A stretch of DNA of 32,000 bases, from NCBI GenBank assembly GCA_964551375.1, contig CAZKBG010000001.1, positions 330,001 to 362,000 on the forward strand, in the 5' to 3' direction. Below are positions 9,050 through 16,816 of this stretch, in pieces. The first letter of the stretch is position 1, and each line of letters starts with the position of its first letter. Position numbers and translations under genes: made by a program. The stretch comes from an uncultured archaeon (GTDB lineage: Archaea > Iainarchaeota > Iainarchaeia > Iainarchaeales > JAAZKV01). The notes below the pieces were generated by a model, which made no database searches, had not been told where the DNA came from, and worked only from the letters and a program-made list of their open reading frames with translations.

Positions 9050-9619
9050 ATGGCAAGAGAAGAAAAATTTATACAAATGTGCCCCATATGCGGAGGCAAA
9101 AAGTTTGGTTTCTTTAAAGACGACAGGGCAACGGAGCCCGCAGGGCAGGAAATGTATGAATGCTACAGATGCGGAAATATATTTAGTTTCCCGCTTGAAG
9201 TTCCAAGAGGCGAAGCTCACAAATTAAAAGAAGTCCCGCTTACTCCAAAAATTTTAAGAGACACTCCAGCGAGCGCATTTACTCCGGTGGGAAATGTTGA
9301 AATCGGAGTTTATTGGAAAATACTTGGCGTAGTAATGGTAGTTTTTGGAATAGCCTACTTGATCATGGCATTTTTGCCTGTTATTTGCTTTGCACAAGGG
9401 AATGGAACACAATGCGAAGTAAATGCAACTCCTCAAGGATATACTTTCATGGGCTTGTCAGTAATGGCGGCAGGGTTTTACATGCTTATTGAATCTTACG
9501 AGTTATCAAGAAAAAAATTCAAACAGCCGTGGATTATGAAAATGGGGCTTGTGCTTGCGCTTTTAATAATAACAATTTACTTTGGCGCAGGAAGCATCGG
9601 CGCATTTATGCTGCCATGA
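9050..9619 (+). CDS. Zinc-ribbon membrane protein, uncharacterised
   Basis: Internal ATG of the 8981 ORF: MAREEKFIQMCPICGGKKFGFF...MYECYRCGNIFSF (two CxxC), then hydrophobic segments. The TATA box at 9018 supports this start over the GTG at 8981. Confidence 0.65.
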   Translation: MAREEKFIQMCPICGGKKFGFFKDDRATEPAGQEMYECYRCGNIFSFPLEVPRGEAHKLKEVPLTPKILRDTPASAFTPVGNVEIGVYWKILGVVMVVFGIAYLIMAFLPVICFAQGNGTQCEVNATPQGYTFMGLSVMAAGFYMLIESYELSRKKFKQPWIMKMGLVLALLIITIYFGAGSIGAFMLP

Positions 9620-9720
9620 ATTCAGCAACTATAACAAGCACAAAGTAACCATAAATCCAAAAACTCGCTCAAAATTAGTTGACAAATCCGGTTAAATAAG
9701 CTACCTCGCATTATACAAGT

Positions 9721-10596
9721 ATGGCTCAAAACACTAATTCAGGAAACAAAATAAGAATTGCATTTCTTGATATTGACGGAGTGCTTACTCCCACTCCTGA
9801 TTATTTTCCGGGAGAAGTGCCAAATATTACTCCGGGCTCTATAAGTTCGCTCAAAAAACTCACTCAAAAAGGATTCAAAATTGTTTTCATAACCGCAAGA
9901 GGGGTGAGCGAATTAAGAGGCAAAGGAGGGCTTGAAGAACTATTAAAGAAACACAAAATGTTTGATAATTCCATGATTTTCTGCTCGGAAGGGCTTGATC
10001 AGGCGACCTATGATTACGATTTTAAGCTCAAAAATAACCGCCCTGTTTTTAAAAATGGAAATGTGGTTCTTGAAAAAAAACCTATTATCAAAAGAGAAAC
10101 TTTCGGCAATATTGACAAATTTCTTTTGTACAAAATGCTGCTTGGAAAAGAAATAAAACAGGAATTAAAGTACAGGGGGTTTAAGATTCGCTCCGCAATG
10201 AATGAAAAACTGACCACTGACGCAAGAATATTCTTCCAGCTTGAGAACAACACCACTCATGAAAGAGCAAGGTTTGTTGAAGCTGCTAAAGAAGTTGTGG
10301 CTAAGATGGAGGAAACATTTAAATTAACAGGAAAGTTTGGAAGCCCTGTGGAGCTTGATGTGATTGATATTGTAGCAGGCATTTCAATAAAGCCAAAAAC
10401 GCTTGGAAAACACTTCGCAGTACTGCGAGTTTTGAATTTATTAAAAATAAAAAGCACAGACAGGTTTTTGGGCTATGCATTCGGGGATTCAAATGCTGAT
10501 TCCATGATGAAAATTAGAAAAGACATTGAATTTATTAAAGTAAAAAATAACAAGGACTTCATAAAGCAAATTGAAGAAATAACTTCAAAACTTTAA
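9721..10596 (+). CDS. HAD-superfamily hydrolase/phosphatase
   Basis: 291 aa. IAFLDIDGVLTPTPDYFPG, IVFITARG, YAFGDSNADSMMKIRK. Confidence 0.75.
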   Translation: MAQNTNSGNKIRIAFLDIDGVLTPTPDYFPGEVPNITPGSISSLKKLTQKGFKIVFITARGVSELRGKGGLEELLKKHKMFDNSMIFCSEGLDQATYDYDFKLKNNRPVFKNGNVVLEKKPIIKRETFGNIDKFLLYKMLLGKEIKQELKYRGFKIRSAMNEKLTTDARIFFQLENNTTHERARFVEAAKEVVAKMEETFKLTGKFGSPVELDVIDIVAGISIKPKTLGKHFAVLRVLNLLKIKSTDRFLGYAFGDSNADSMMKIRKDIEFIKVKNNKDFIKQIEEITSKL

Positions 10597-10648
10597 TTTC
10601 AAAAACCTTGCCTAAAACTTGTCTAAAAATTAGTCCTAAAAACAGGAG

Positions 10649-11281
10649 CTATCTTTCTTTTCTCTTTTTAATATAAGGAAGCAAATTGCCTTTCTTTTCT
10701 GAAACAGCAATGAGTTTTTTTGCGTATGCAATTCTCTGTAGAGCACCCACAAGCCCTATCGCAGCAATGAAATATAATAAAATCCCGATTATATTCATCC
10801 CAAGAGAGGCCAGCAGCAGAGCCACAAGAACAATAATCAATTTATCAGCATGCTCTCCAATTGCAGGCCAGTCGTGATTGTCAGTTATTATTATCAAAGC
10901 AACTCTTGGCTTTGCATAACTTGAAATCATTGAAAACCCAAGCGCTAATACTGCAGGAAGCGCTAAAGAAGGAATAAAAACAAACGAGCCAATCATCGCA
11001 AAATCCACAAACTTGTCAATCATTGTCTCAAAATAATTTCCCCAATTTGAGCGTTTATTTAGCGCTCTCGCAACTTCCCCGTCAATTAAATCCATTGTTG
11101 GGGAGAGAATGAAAAATATCAGCGCCCAAACCCAGTTCTGTTGGGTTACAAAAAAAGCCCCAACCAGTGCAAGAAATAATCCAAATAATGAAATTGAATT
11201 AGGATCCACTTTGAAATAAACAAAAGGATACGAAAGAACTTTTGCAAGAGGCTTAACTTTTGACCTTAGAACTGATAACAT
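10649..11281 (-). CDS. CDP-alcohol phosphatidyltransferase family membrane protein
   Basis: 210 aa. DLIDGEVARALNKRSNWGNYFETMIDK matches DxxDGxxARxxxxxxxxGxxx(D/E)xxxD; several hydrophobic helices. Confidence 0.8.
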   Translation of the reverse strand: MLSVLRSKVKPLAKVLSYPFVYFKVDPNSISLFGLFLALVGAFFVTQQNWVWALIFFILSPTMDLIDGEVARALNKRSNWGNYFETMIDKFVDFAMIGSFVFIPSLALPAVLALGFSMISSYAKPRVALIIITDNHDWPAIGEHADKLIIVLVALLLASLGMNIIGILLYFIAAIGLVGALQRIAYAKKLIAVSEKKGNLLPYIKKRKER

Positions 11282-11344
11282 AAAACCATCAACTTAATTT
11301 CAATCTAAAAAACTAAAATAATTACAAATTTAAACTACTTAAAA

Positions 11345-12064
11345 TTACCTTTCTCTCATAAAGTTTCTTTTCGCCATCTGTGTCTGGAAATGATGCCAAA
11401 AATTCGCCTTAAACCTTGCAACAACCCTTGTTCTTCTCTTCTTTATTTCCTTTCTAAATTCAGTTTCGTTAACCGCGTCAATTTCAGTCAAGCCGTTTCC
11501 TATCTCTTCAGGAGTGTGGGCATCGCTTACGCCAAGCCCCGCAAGCGAATTCATCACATCAGGATTTGAATAAAACTTCTGCGACTTTTTATTAAGCCCC
11601 GCATAATATGCTCTTGCGTTATACAATTCCATCGCGTCAAATTCTTTCCAAACCTTTGGAAAACGCTTAAAATTTTTTCTCGGCCAGTCAAACGGATGAG
11701 GACAGGACAATAAAGCATCCTGCTTTCTTATATTATCCAAAATATTTTCAAAAGTATCTGGAACTATTGGTTTATCCAAAAAATATGCCACTACTTCTCC
11801 AACAGTTTTTCTTTTTCCGCCCTTTTCAACATCCGAAAGAACCTTAATCTCTTCAGAAGGAATGCAAAAAACACCTTCTTTTTTTGCTAATTTTGCAATG
11901 CTATTTGCCCCATTATAGGCGCCCATGTTATTATGGTCCGTAAGAGCAAAACCCCAGTTATTCTTTTTGCAAATCTTAACAATAGTATTGGGGCTTGAAA
12001 GAGCATCAATGCTGAACCTTGAATGGAGGTGCAAATCAAAAAGCATGATATCACATTTACTCAT
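11345..12064 (-). CDS. PHP-domain phosphoesterase
   Basis: 239 aa. FDLHLHSRFSIDALSSP, FALTDHNNMGAYNGA, CIPSEEIKV, LLSCPHPFDW, LGVSDAHTPEEIG. Confidence 0.8.
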   Translation of the reverse strand: MSKCDIMLFDLHLHSRFSIDALSSPNTIVKICKKNNWGFALTDHNNMGAYNGANSIAKLAKKEGVFCIPSEEIKVLSDVEKGGKRKTVGEVVAYFLDKPIVPDTFENILDNIRKQDALLSCPHPFDWPRKNFKRFPKVWKEFDAMELYNARAYYAGLNKKSQKFYSNPDVMNSLAGLGVSDAHTPEEIGNGLTEIDAVNETEFRKEIKKRRTRVVARFKANFWHHFQTQMAKRNFMRER

Positions 12065-12159
12065 TAATTGATACTATCCGGCAAGCTATGAGCAAGCCAA
12101 TTGTTAACTAAAGAATAACACGCCAAGCTTTTAAAAGAACTTTTGCTTTAATTTCAATC

Positions 12160-13380
12160 ATGAATGTTGAGCAAATAAGACAGGATTTTCCAGTTCTCGC
12201 GAGAAAACACAAAGGCGAAGGAATAGTTTACCTTGATAATGCCGCAACTTCACTAAAGCCAAAACAGGTAATTGAAGCAGAAAGGTTTTATTATGAAAAT
12301 GTGGGCGCAAATGTCCACCGCGGACTTCACATACTAAGCGAAGAAGCATCAAGAGTGCATGAAGCCGCTCACGAAACCGTGGCAAAATTTGTAGGCGCAA
12401 AGAAAAAAGAGACTGTTTTTGTAAGAAACGCAACTGAAGGAATGAATCTTGTAATGTACTCGCTCCTTAATTCAGGATTTTTCAAAAAAGGAGACAAAAT
12501 AGTTGTTTCAAAAATGGAGCACCATTCAAATATTGTCCCATGGCAGTACCTTGAGAAAAAAATCGGAGTAAAACTTGAATTTGTCGGGCTTGACTCAAAT
12601 TATGAGCTTGACATGAATGATTTTGAATCAAAAGTAAAAGAAGCAAAGCTTGTTTCAATAACCGGAGCAAGCAACACTGTTGCAACTGCGCCTAATTTAA
12701 GAGAAATTGAAAAAAAATCCCACAAAGAAGGCGCATTAATTTGCGTTGATGGGGCTCAGCTTGTGCCCCACCAGGAAGTTGATTTTGGGAGAATGAATAT
12801 TGACTTTTTGGCTTTTTCAGGACACAAAATGCTTGCGCCCACAGGAACTGGAGCTCTCATTGGAAAAGAAAAACTTCTTGAAAAGTTTGAGCCGTTCATG
12901 TTCGGAGGGGACATGATACATTCAGTTGAACTACATTCTTCAACATGGAATGTTCTCCCGCATAAATTTGAAGCAGGAACTCCCCACATCGCAGGCTCTT
13001 ACGGAATCAAAGCTGCTGTTGAATACCTAAATAAAGTTGGAATGGGAAATATAAAAAAGCACGAAGAAAAATTAACCAAATTAGCGCTTGAAGAAATGCA
13101 GAAAATTAATTCAATAAAACTTTACTGCCCGAAAAATGAGAAAAAACAGGGCGGGATTGTGATGTTTGAATCAGCTAAACTTTCTGCTCATGAACTTGCA
13201 ATGGCATTAAGCGAGACTGAAAATATATGCATCAGAAGCGGAATGCACTGCGCAGAACCACTTGTATCCTCATTAAACAAAGACGGGCTGGCAAGGGCGA
13301 GCTTCTACCTATACAACACGGAAGAAGAAGTGCTGTTTTTCACCCGCTCGCTAAAAGAAGTGCTTGATACCCTAGGATAA
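12160..13380 (+). CDS. sufS: SufS/CsdA-type cysteine desulfurase (group II)
   Basis: 406 aa. VYLDNAATSLKPKQVIEA, NVHRGLHILSEEAS, VDGAQLVPHQEVDF, DFLAFSGHKMLAPTGTGAL, CIRSGMHCAEPL. Confidence 0.85.
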   Translation: MNVEQIRQDFPVLARKHKGEGIVYLDNAATSLKPKQVIEAERFYYENVGANVHRGLHILSEEASRVHEAAHETVAKFVGAKKKETVFVRNATEGMNLVMYSLLNSGFFKKGDKIVVSKMEHHSNIVPWQYLEKKIGVKLEFVGLDSNYELDMNDFESKVKEAKLVSITGASNTVATAPNLREIEKKSHKEGALICVDGAQLVPHQEVDFGRMNIDFLAFSGHKMLAPTGTGALIGKEKLLEKFEPFMFGGDMIHSVELHSSTWNVLPHKFEAGTPHIAGSYGIKAAVEYLNKVGMGNIKKHEEKLTKLALEEMQKINSIKLYCPKNEKKQGGIVMFESAKLSAHELAMALSETENICIRSGMHCAEPLVSSLNKDGLARASFYLYNTEEEVLFFTRSLKEVLDTLG

Positions 13381-13412
13381 TTGAAAAATTTCTCTAAACT
13401 GTGCAAAAATAA

Positions 13413-13448
13413 GCGCATTTCTTTAATATTTCACAGCGCCAAATGCGC
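13413..13448. repeat. Inverted repeat GCGCATTT...AAATGCGC (8 bp arms, 20 bp spacer) between convergent genes
   Basis: Exact reverse-complement arms at 13413-13420 and 13441-13448. Confidence 0.55.
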
Positions 13449-13494
13449 ATTAGATAAGATAAAACAAGGAATTTTGCGTTTTTTAGACAATTGG

Positions 13495-13932
13495 CTAAAT
13501 TAAGGGCTCGCTTAATTCAACCGACTTTATTATAGACTCTCTTGAAATAACAATATATTCGCGCGGATTAAGACAGAAGAGAAACACTTTTTGCTTTTCA
13601 AGATTCAAATGAAATCCAACTTTAACGCCATAAACCCCAATTGGAGGAAAGTACTTTTTATCAAAGCCGGTAAGTTTTAGGACATCATCATCCACCATTT
13701 TCTCAAGCCCGTTAATGTCAAAAGCATCCATTGCATCATCTTCAGTGGCTTCTTCTCCGACAGGAGATATCAGCACATGGACCCCAAGCTTTTTGCTAAA
13801 AAAAGGAATCGCTTTCACCGCAGCAAAATCAGAAACATGCGCCTGCTTTATTGCAGTATCAAAAGAAGTGATGCTTGCAAAAGACATTACCCTTGCATCA
13901 AGAGAATTTGCTTTAATAAAATCATTAATCAT
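13495..13932 (-). CDS. Possible YbaK/aminoacyl-tRNA-deacylase (ProX-like) domain protein
   Basis: 145 aa. VLISPVGEEATEDDAMDAFDINGLEKMVDDDVLKLTGFDKKYFPPIGVYGVKVGFHLNLEKQKVFLFCLNPREYIVISRESIIK follows the YbaK-like pattern (LTGF...PP(I/F)G...REYI.I). Weak, family-level match. Confidence 0.4.
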   Translation of the reverse strand: MINDFIKANSLDARVMSFASITSFDTAIKQAHVSDFAAVKAIPFFSKKLGVHVLISPVGEEATEDDAMDAFDINGLEKMVDDDVLKLTGFDKKYFPPIGVYGVKVGFHLNLEKQKVFLFCLNPREYIVISRESIIKSVELSEPLI

Positions 13933-13970
13933 AAAATCACAAGCATTACATTATTACACTAAACTATTAT

Positions 13971-14026
13971 ACTAAAACACTAACACTAAAACACTAACAC
14001 TAAAACACTAACACTAAAACACTAAC
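13971..14026. repeat. Tandem repeat, 4 perfect copies of the 14-mer ACTAAAACACTAAC
   Basis: Copies at 13971-13984, 13985-13998, 13999-14012 and 14013-14026. Confidence 0.9.
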
Positions 14027-14129
14027 ACAAATTATCAAATCAAATTATTACAATAACTGTGATTAGAAAAGAATATATTGCCACGCAATAAGGGGAATTG
14101 AATTTGCATACCACAGTTTGATTAAAAAA

Positions 14130-16685
14130 TCAGCTTGCTTTTGCAGGCAACTCTGTTTTAACAGAAACCTTTTCAGTTTCTTTAGACTCTATTTTTTCTT
14201 TTTGAGAAGTTTTTTTTTGATTTGGAGAATTCTTTTTCAAATAAGAAGAAGTTTTAGGTTCCGAATCTGAATTTTTCAAATCAACAGCAGGGCCTGCCGC
14301 ATTCCCTTCACTTCCTTTGCCTTTTCTCTTTGACAATCTTGATCTTATTGCAAGAAGAACTAAAACTAATAGCACTACTAACAACACCTCAACAAAGGGT
14401 ATTGAATATGCAGAGAAAAACCCAGTCAAAGTAAGCCCTTTTCCAGCAGGCATTAGCGAAAATGACTTTGATTTGCTGAAATTCCCAGCCGAAGTAACAA
14501 TTACAAACACTGCATTTGCATCATGAACTGATGAATTATAATCATGCGGGATGAAAAGCTTCCCTGCGAGCGAAACTCCCGGAGCAAGGTAAGTATTTTT
14601 ATTCAAATCAAGAACTGCATTCAAATCCTTAACCAAAATATTGTTCAAATTAAATCCGCTATTTGAATCATTCTTTACAACTATCTCAATTTCAGCCAGA
14701 CCTGCGGCGTAATTAATGTCAATTGCGTTTAACGACAGCAAAATTTTATTTGAATCAACAAACTGCTTCGCTGGACTTGCATTTATTTTTAACAAGAGTT
14801 CTTTTGAAACATTTTTGTCATTGACAACAACAATTTTTGCGTTTAAAACTCCTTCTGTGTTTGCATCAGGAGAAGCATAAACAAATACTCTCTTTGATTC
14901 TTTTGGAGTTAATGAAAAGCTGTCTTCGCTTAATGAAACCCATGAAGGAAATGCTTTCTTTAAAGTATAAACTGAATTGAAAAACCCGGTGTTTGATACA
15001 TCCAAATCAACTAATTTTCCGCTGCAGCAATTTGCGTCAATTTCATACTTTGAAAGAGAAGCAATAAAATCATTGCACTTTTCCACGCCTAAATCAGAAA
15101 TGCTTATTGATTGTTCTACTTCCTGTTGAGCTGATTTTGCGGTGATTTTGTAAGTTTTTGAAAAATTACTTGGCACAAATCCTTTTACTGACACAGCCTT
15201 TTTTGAATTAGCGTCAATTACAAAAGGACCGGGGCTTATATTCAGCCAAGGGGCGTCAATTGAGAGTGAAACTACCTGCGTTCTTGTTCCTTTATTTTCA
15301 ACATCAAAAACATAATCAATGCTTAAATTTGAGCAAGTCCCAAGGTTTGAAACATCAGCAGTTAAATCATAGCAGTTCTCAAAATTGAATTTATAATTCA
15401 AATCTTTTGAGAAGCTCTGAGAAGAAATCCTTGCCAAAATATCAGAACTGCCCGCAGAGTTTGGAGAAACTATAAAAGAAACGCTTCTTGACTCGCCTTT
15501 TAACAAAACCAAGGATTTTGACTCAACTAACTTTCCATCAATGAAAAGAGATACATCAACTGTTGACTGATTTGTTCCCGTGTTTTTTACAATAAACTCT
15601 TCGCTTCTTTTCCCAAAGCACTGGCTTATTTCGGTTGATTTGCGTTCAATAGTCGCATCAAAGCAGTTTTCAAATTTGAACTCAAAAGGAATGTCAAAAT
15701 TTCTATCAAACTCTTTTGAATAAGCTCTAATAAATCCTGTTTTTATTCCATTGCTCTTTTTGATGCTTAAAGTTATATTTTCGCTTTTATTTTTATCAAT
15801 TAAAACAATGTTTTTATCAAGCGCTGCCAACTGCTGTGAAAGTTGCGACTTATTCGCGTCAAGAAGAGACAAACTTATTGTGTCAGGCCTCATTGAAACG
15901 CTCTTTACCTCAAACAATTCTTCCGAATCGCTTTCTTCGCACAAAGTTTTAGTATATTTAGAAGATTCGCCTAAAAGCTTTCCAATTGTAAACGGAGCTC
16001 CGCCTAAAACGGATAATGAAATGTTTTTTGAAATTCCAAAATTAGTCATTGTGTTTGCGGCAATAAGCTGGAAGGGATAATTTTTCGGCTCAGCGTTGCA
16101 AAAAGGATTCAATTCAAGAGTTCCTTCAAATGAAGAAAAAGGCGCAAGAACTATTTTTTCCTGAGGATAAACTGCCCAGTTTTCCATAAGTCCTTTTTGC
16201 AGCAAAACAAACTCATCAGTGAAAGCGCCTTTATTTTTTAAAACAAATTTGGTTTTTGCGCTCTCGCAAGGATTTATAGAAAAGCTTGGAGAAATTATAT
16301 TCAAATCAGCTGTGTGGCACTGTCTTACTACAAGATTGTATTCCTTCACTAAATTTTCAGGCCCTCTGAAATTTAATGGAATTTTATAATCTCCAGAAAA
16401 TGCGTAGCAGTCAGGAGTAATGAAAAGATAAATATCCGCGCAGGAATTTTTTGTCAAATCAATTACGTTTGGAGCAAATGAAAACCATTTTCCTTCTACT
16501 GAATCTGCTGAAACTGAGTACATGCCCGGAACAACAGAACAAACGCTCATTTTTTGCTTTACCTGCTCGCACTGGCAGAGATTTGCATAATTTGAGCCCG
16601 AAACTGTTAAAGCTGACGCAAAAGAAGCGCTTAATATGATTGTAATTAGAATTACTAATATTGCGCTATATTTCATTATCCCCAA
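14130..16685 (-). CDS. Large anchored extracytoplasmic protein with Ig-like/COG1470-like repeats
   Basis: 851 aa. N-terminal signal-like MKYSAILVILITIILSASFASA, several 'N.G...' beta-sandwich-like segments, many N-x-S/T sites, C-terminal TM (VEVLLVVLLVLVLLAI) plus basic/charged tail. Confidence 0.65.
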   Translation of the reverse strand: MGIMKYSAILVILITIILSASFASALTVSGSNYANLCQCEQVKQKMSVCSVVPGMYSVSADSVEGKWFSFAPNVIDLTKNSCADIYLFITPDCYAFSGDYKIPLNFRGPENLVKEYNLVVRQCHTADLNIISPSFSINPCESAKTKFVLKNKGAFTDEFVLLQKGLMENWAVYPQEKIVLAPFSSFEGTLELNPFCNAEPKNYPFQLIAANTMTNFGISKNISLSVLGGAPFTIGKLLGESSKYTKTLCEESDSEELFEVKSVSMRPDTISLSLLDANKSQLSQQLAALDKNIVLIDKNKSENITLSIKKSNGIKTGFIRAYSKEFDRNFDIPFEFKFENCFDATIERKSTEISQCFGKRSEEFIVKNTGTNQSTVDVSLFIDGKLVESKSLVLLKGESRSVSFIVSPNSAGSSDILARISSQSFSKDLNYKFNFENCYDLTADVSNLGTCSNLSIDYVFDVENKGTRTQVVSLSIDAPWLNISPGPFVIDANSKKAVSVKGFVPSNFSKTYKITAKSAQQEVEQSISISDLGVEKCNDFIASLSKYEIDANCCSGKLVDLDVSNTGFFNSVYTLKKAFPSWVSLSEDSFSLTPKESKRVFVYASPDANTEGVLNAKIVVVNDKNVSKELLLKINASPAKQFVDSNKILLSLNAIDINYAAGLAEIEIVVKNDSNSGFNLNNILVKDLNAVLDLNKNTYLAPGVSLAGKLFIPHDYNSSVHDANAVFVIVTSAGNFSKSKSFSLMPAGKGLTLTGFFSAYSIPFVEVLLVVLLVLVLLAIRSRLSKRKGKGSEGNAAGPAVDLKNSDSEPKTSSYLKKNSPNQKKTSQKEKIESKETEKVSVKTELPAKAS

Positions 16686-16691
16686 CCCGCA

Positions 16692-16737
16692 AAACTAACT
16701 TAATCCAATTAAACTAACTTAATTTGTTTAAACTAAC
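16692..16737. repeat. Three direct copies of AAACTAAC at an exact 19 bp period
   Basis: Copies start at 16692, 16711 and 16730, in the spacer between two surface-protein genes. Confidence 0.7.
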
Positions 16738-16816
16738 ATACTTAAAACTAATTATCAGCTGAAATTAAATTCACTATGAAAAATTAAAACAAATAATTAA
16801 ATTGGATGCAATAAAA

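Noticed and set aside
12158-12989. Antisense ORFs over the sufS-like gene
   Set aside because: No domains, and the sense frame has all cysteine desulfurase motifs.
12160-13380. Possible sulfur-mobilisation (suf) operon
   Set aside because: No SufB/SufC/SufD/SufU partners lie in the neighbouring genes, so only a solitary cysteine desulfurase is supported.
13971-14026. Short repeat array as a possible CRISPR
   Set aside because: 14-bp units are directly abutting with no spacers; this is a simple tandem repeat.
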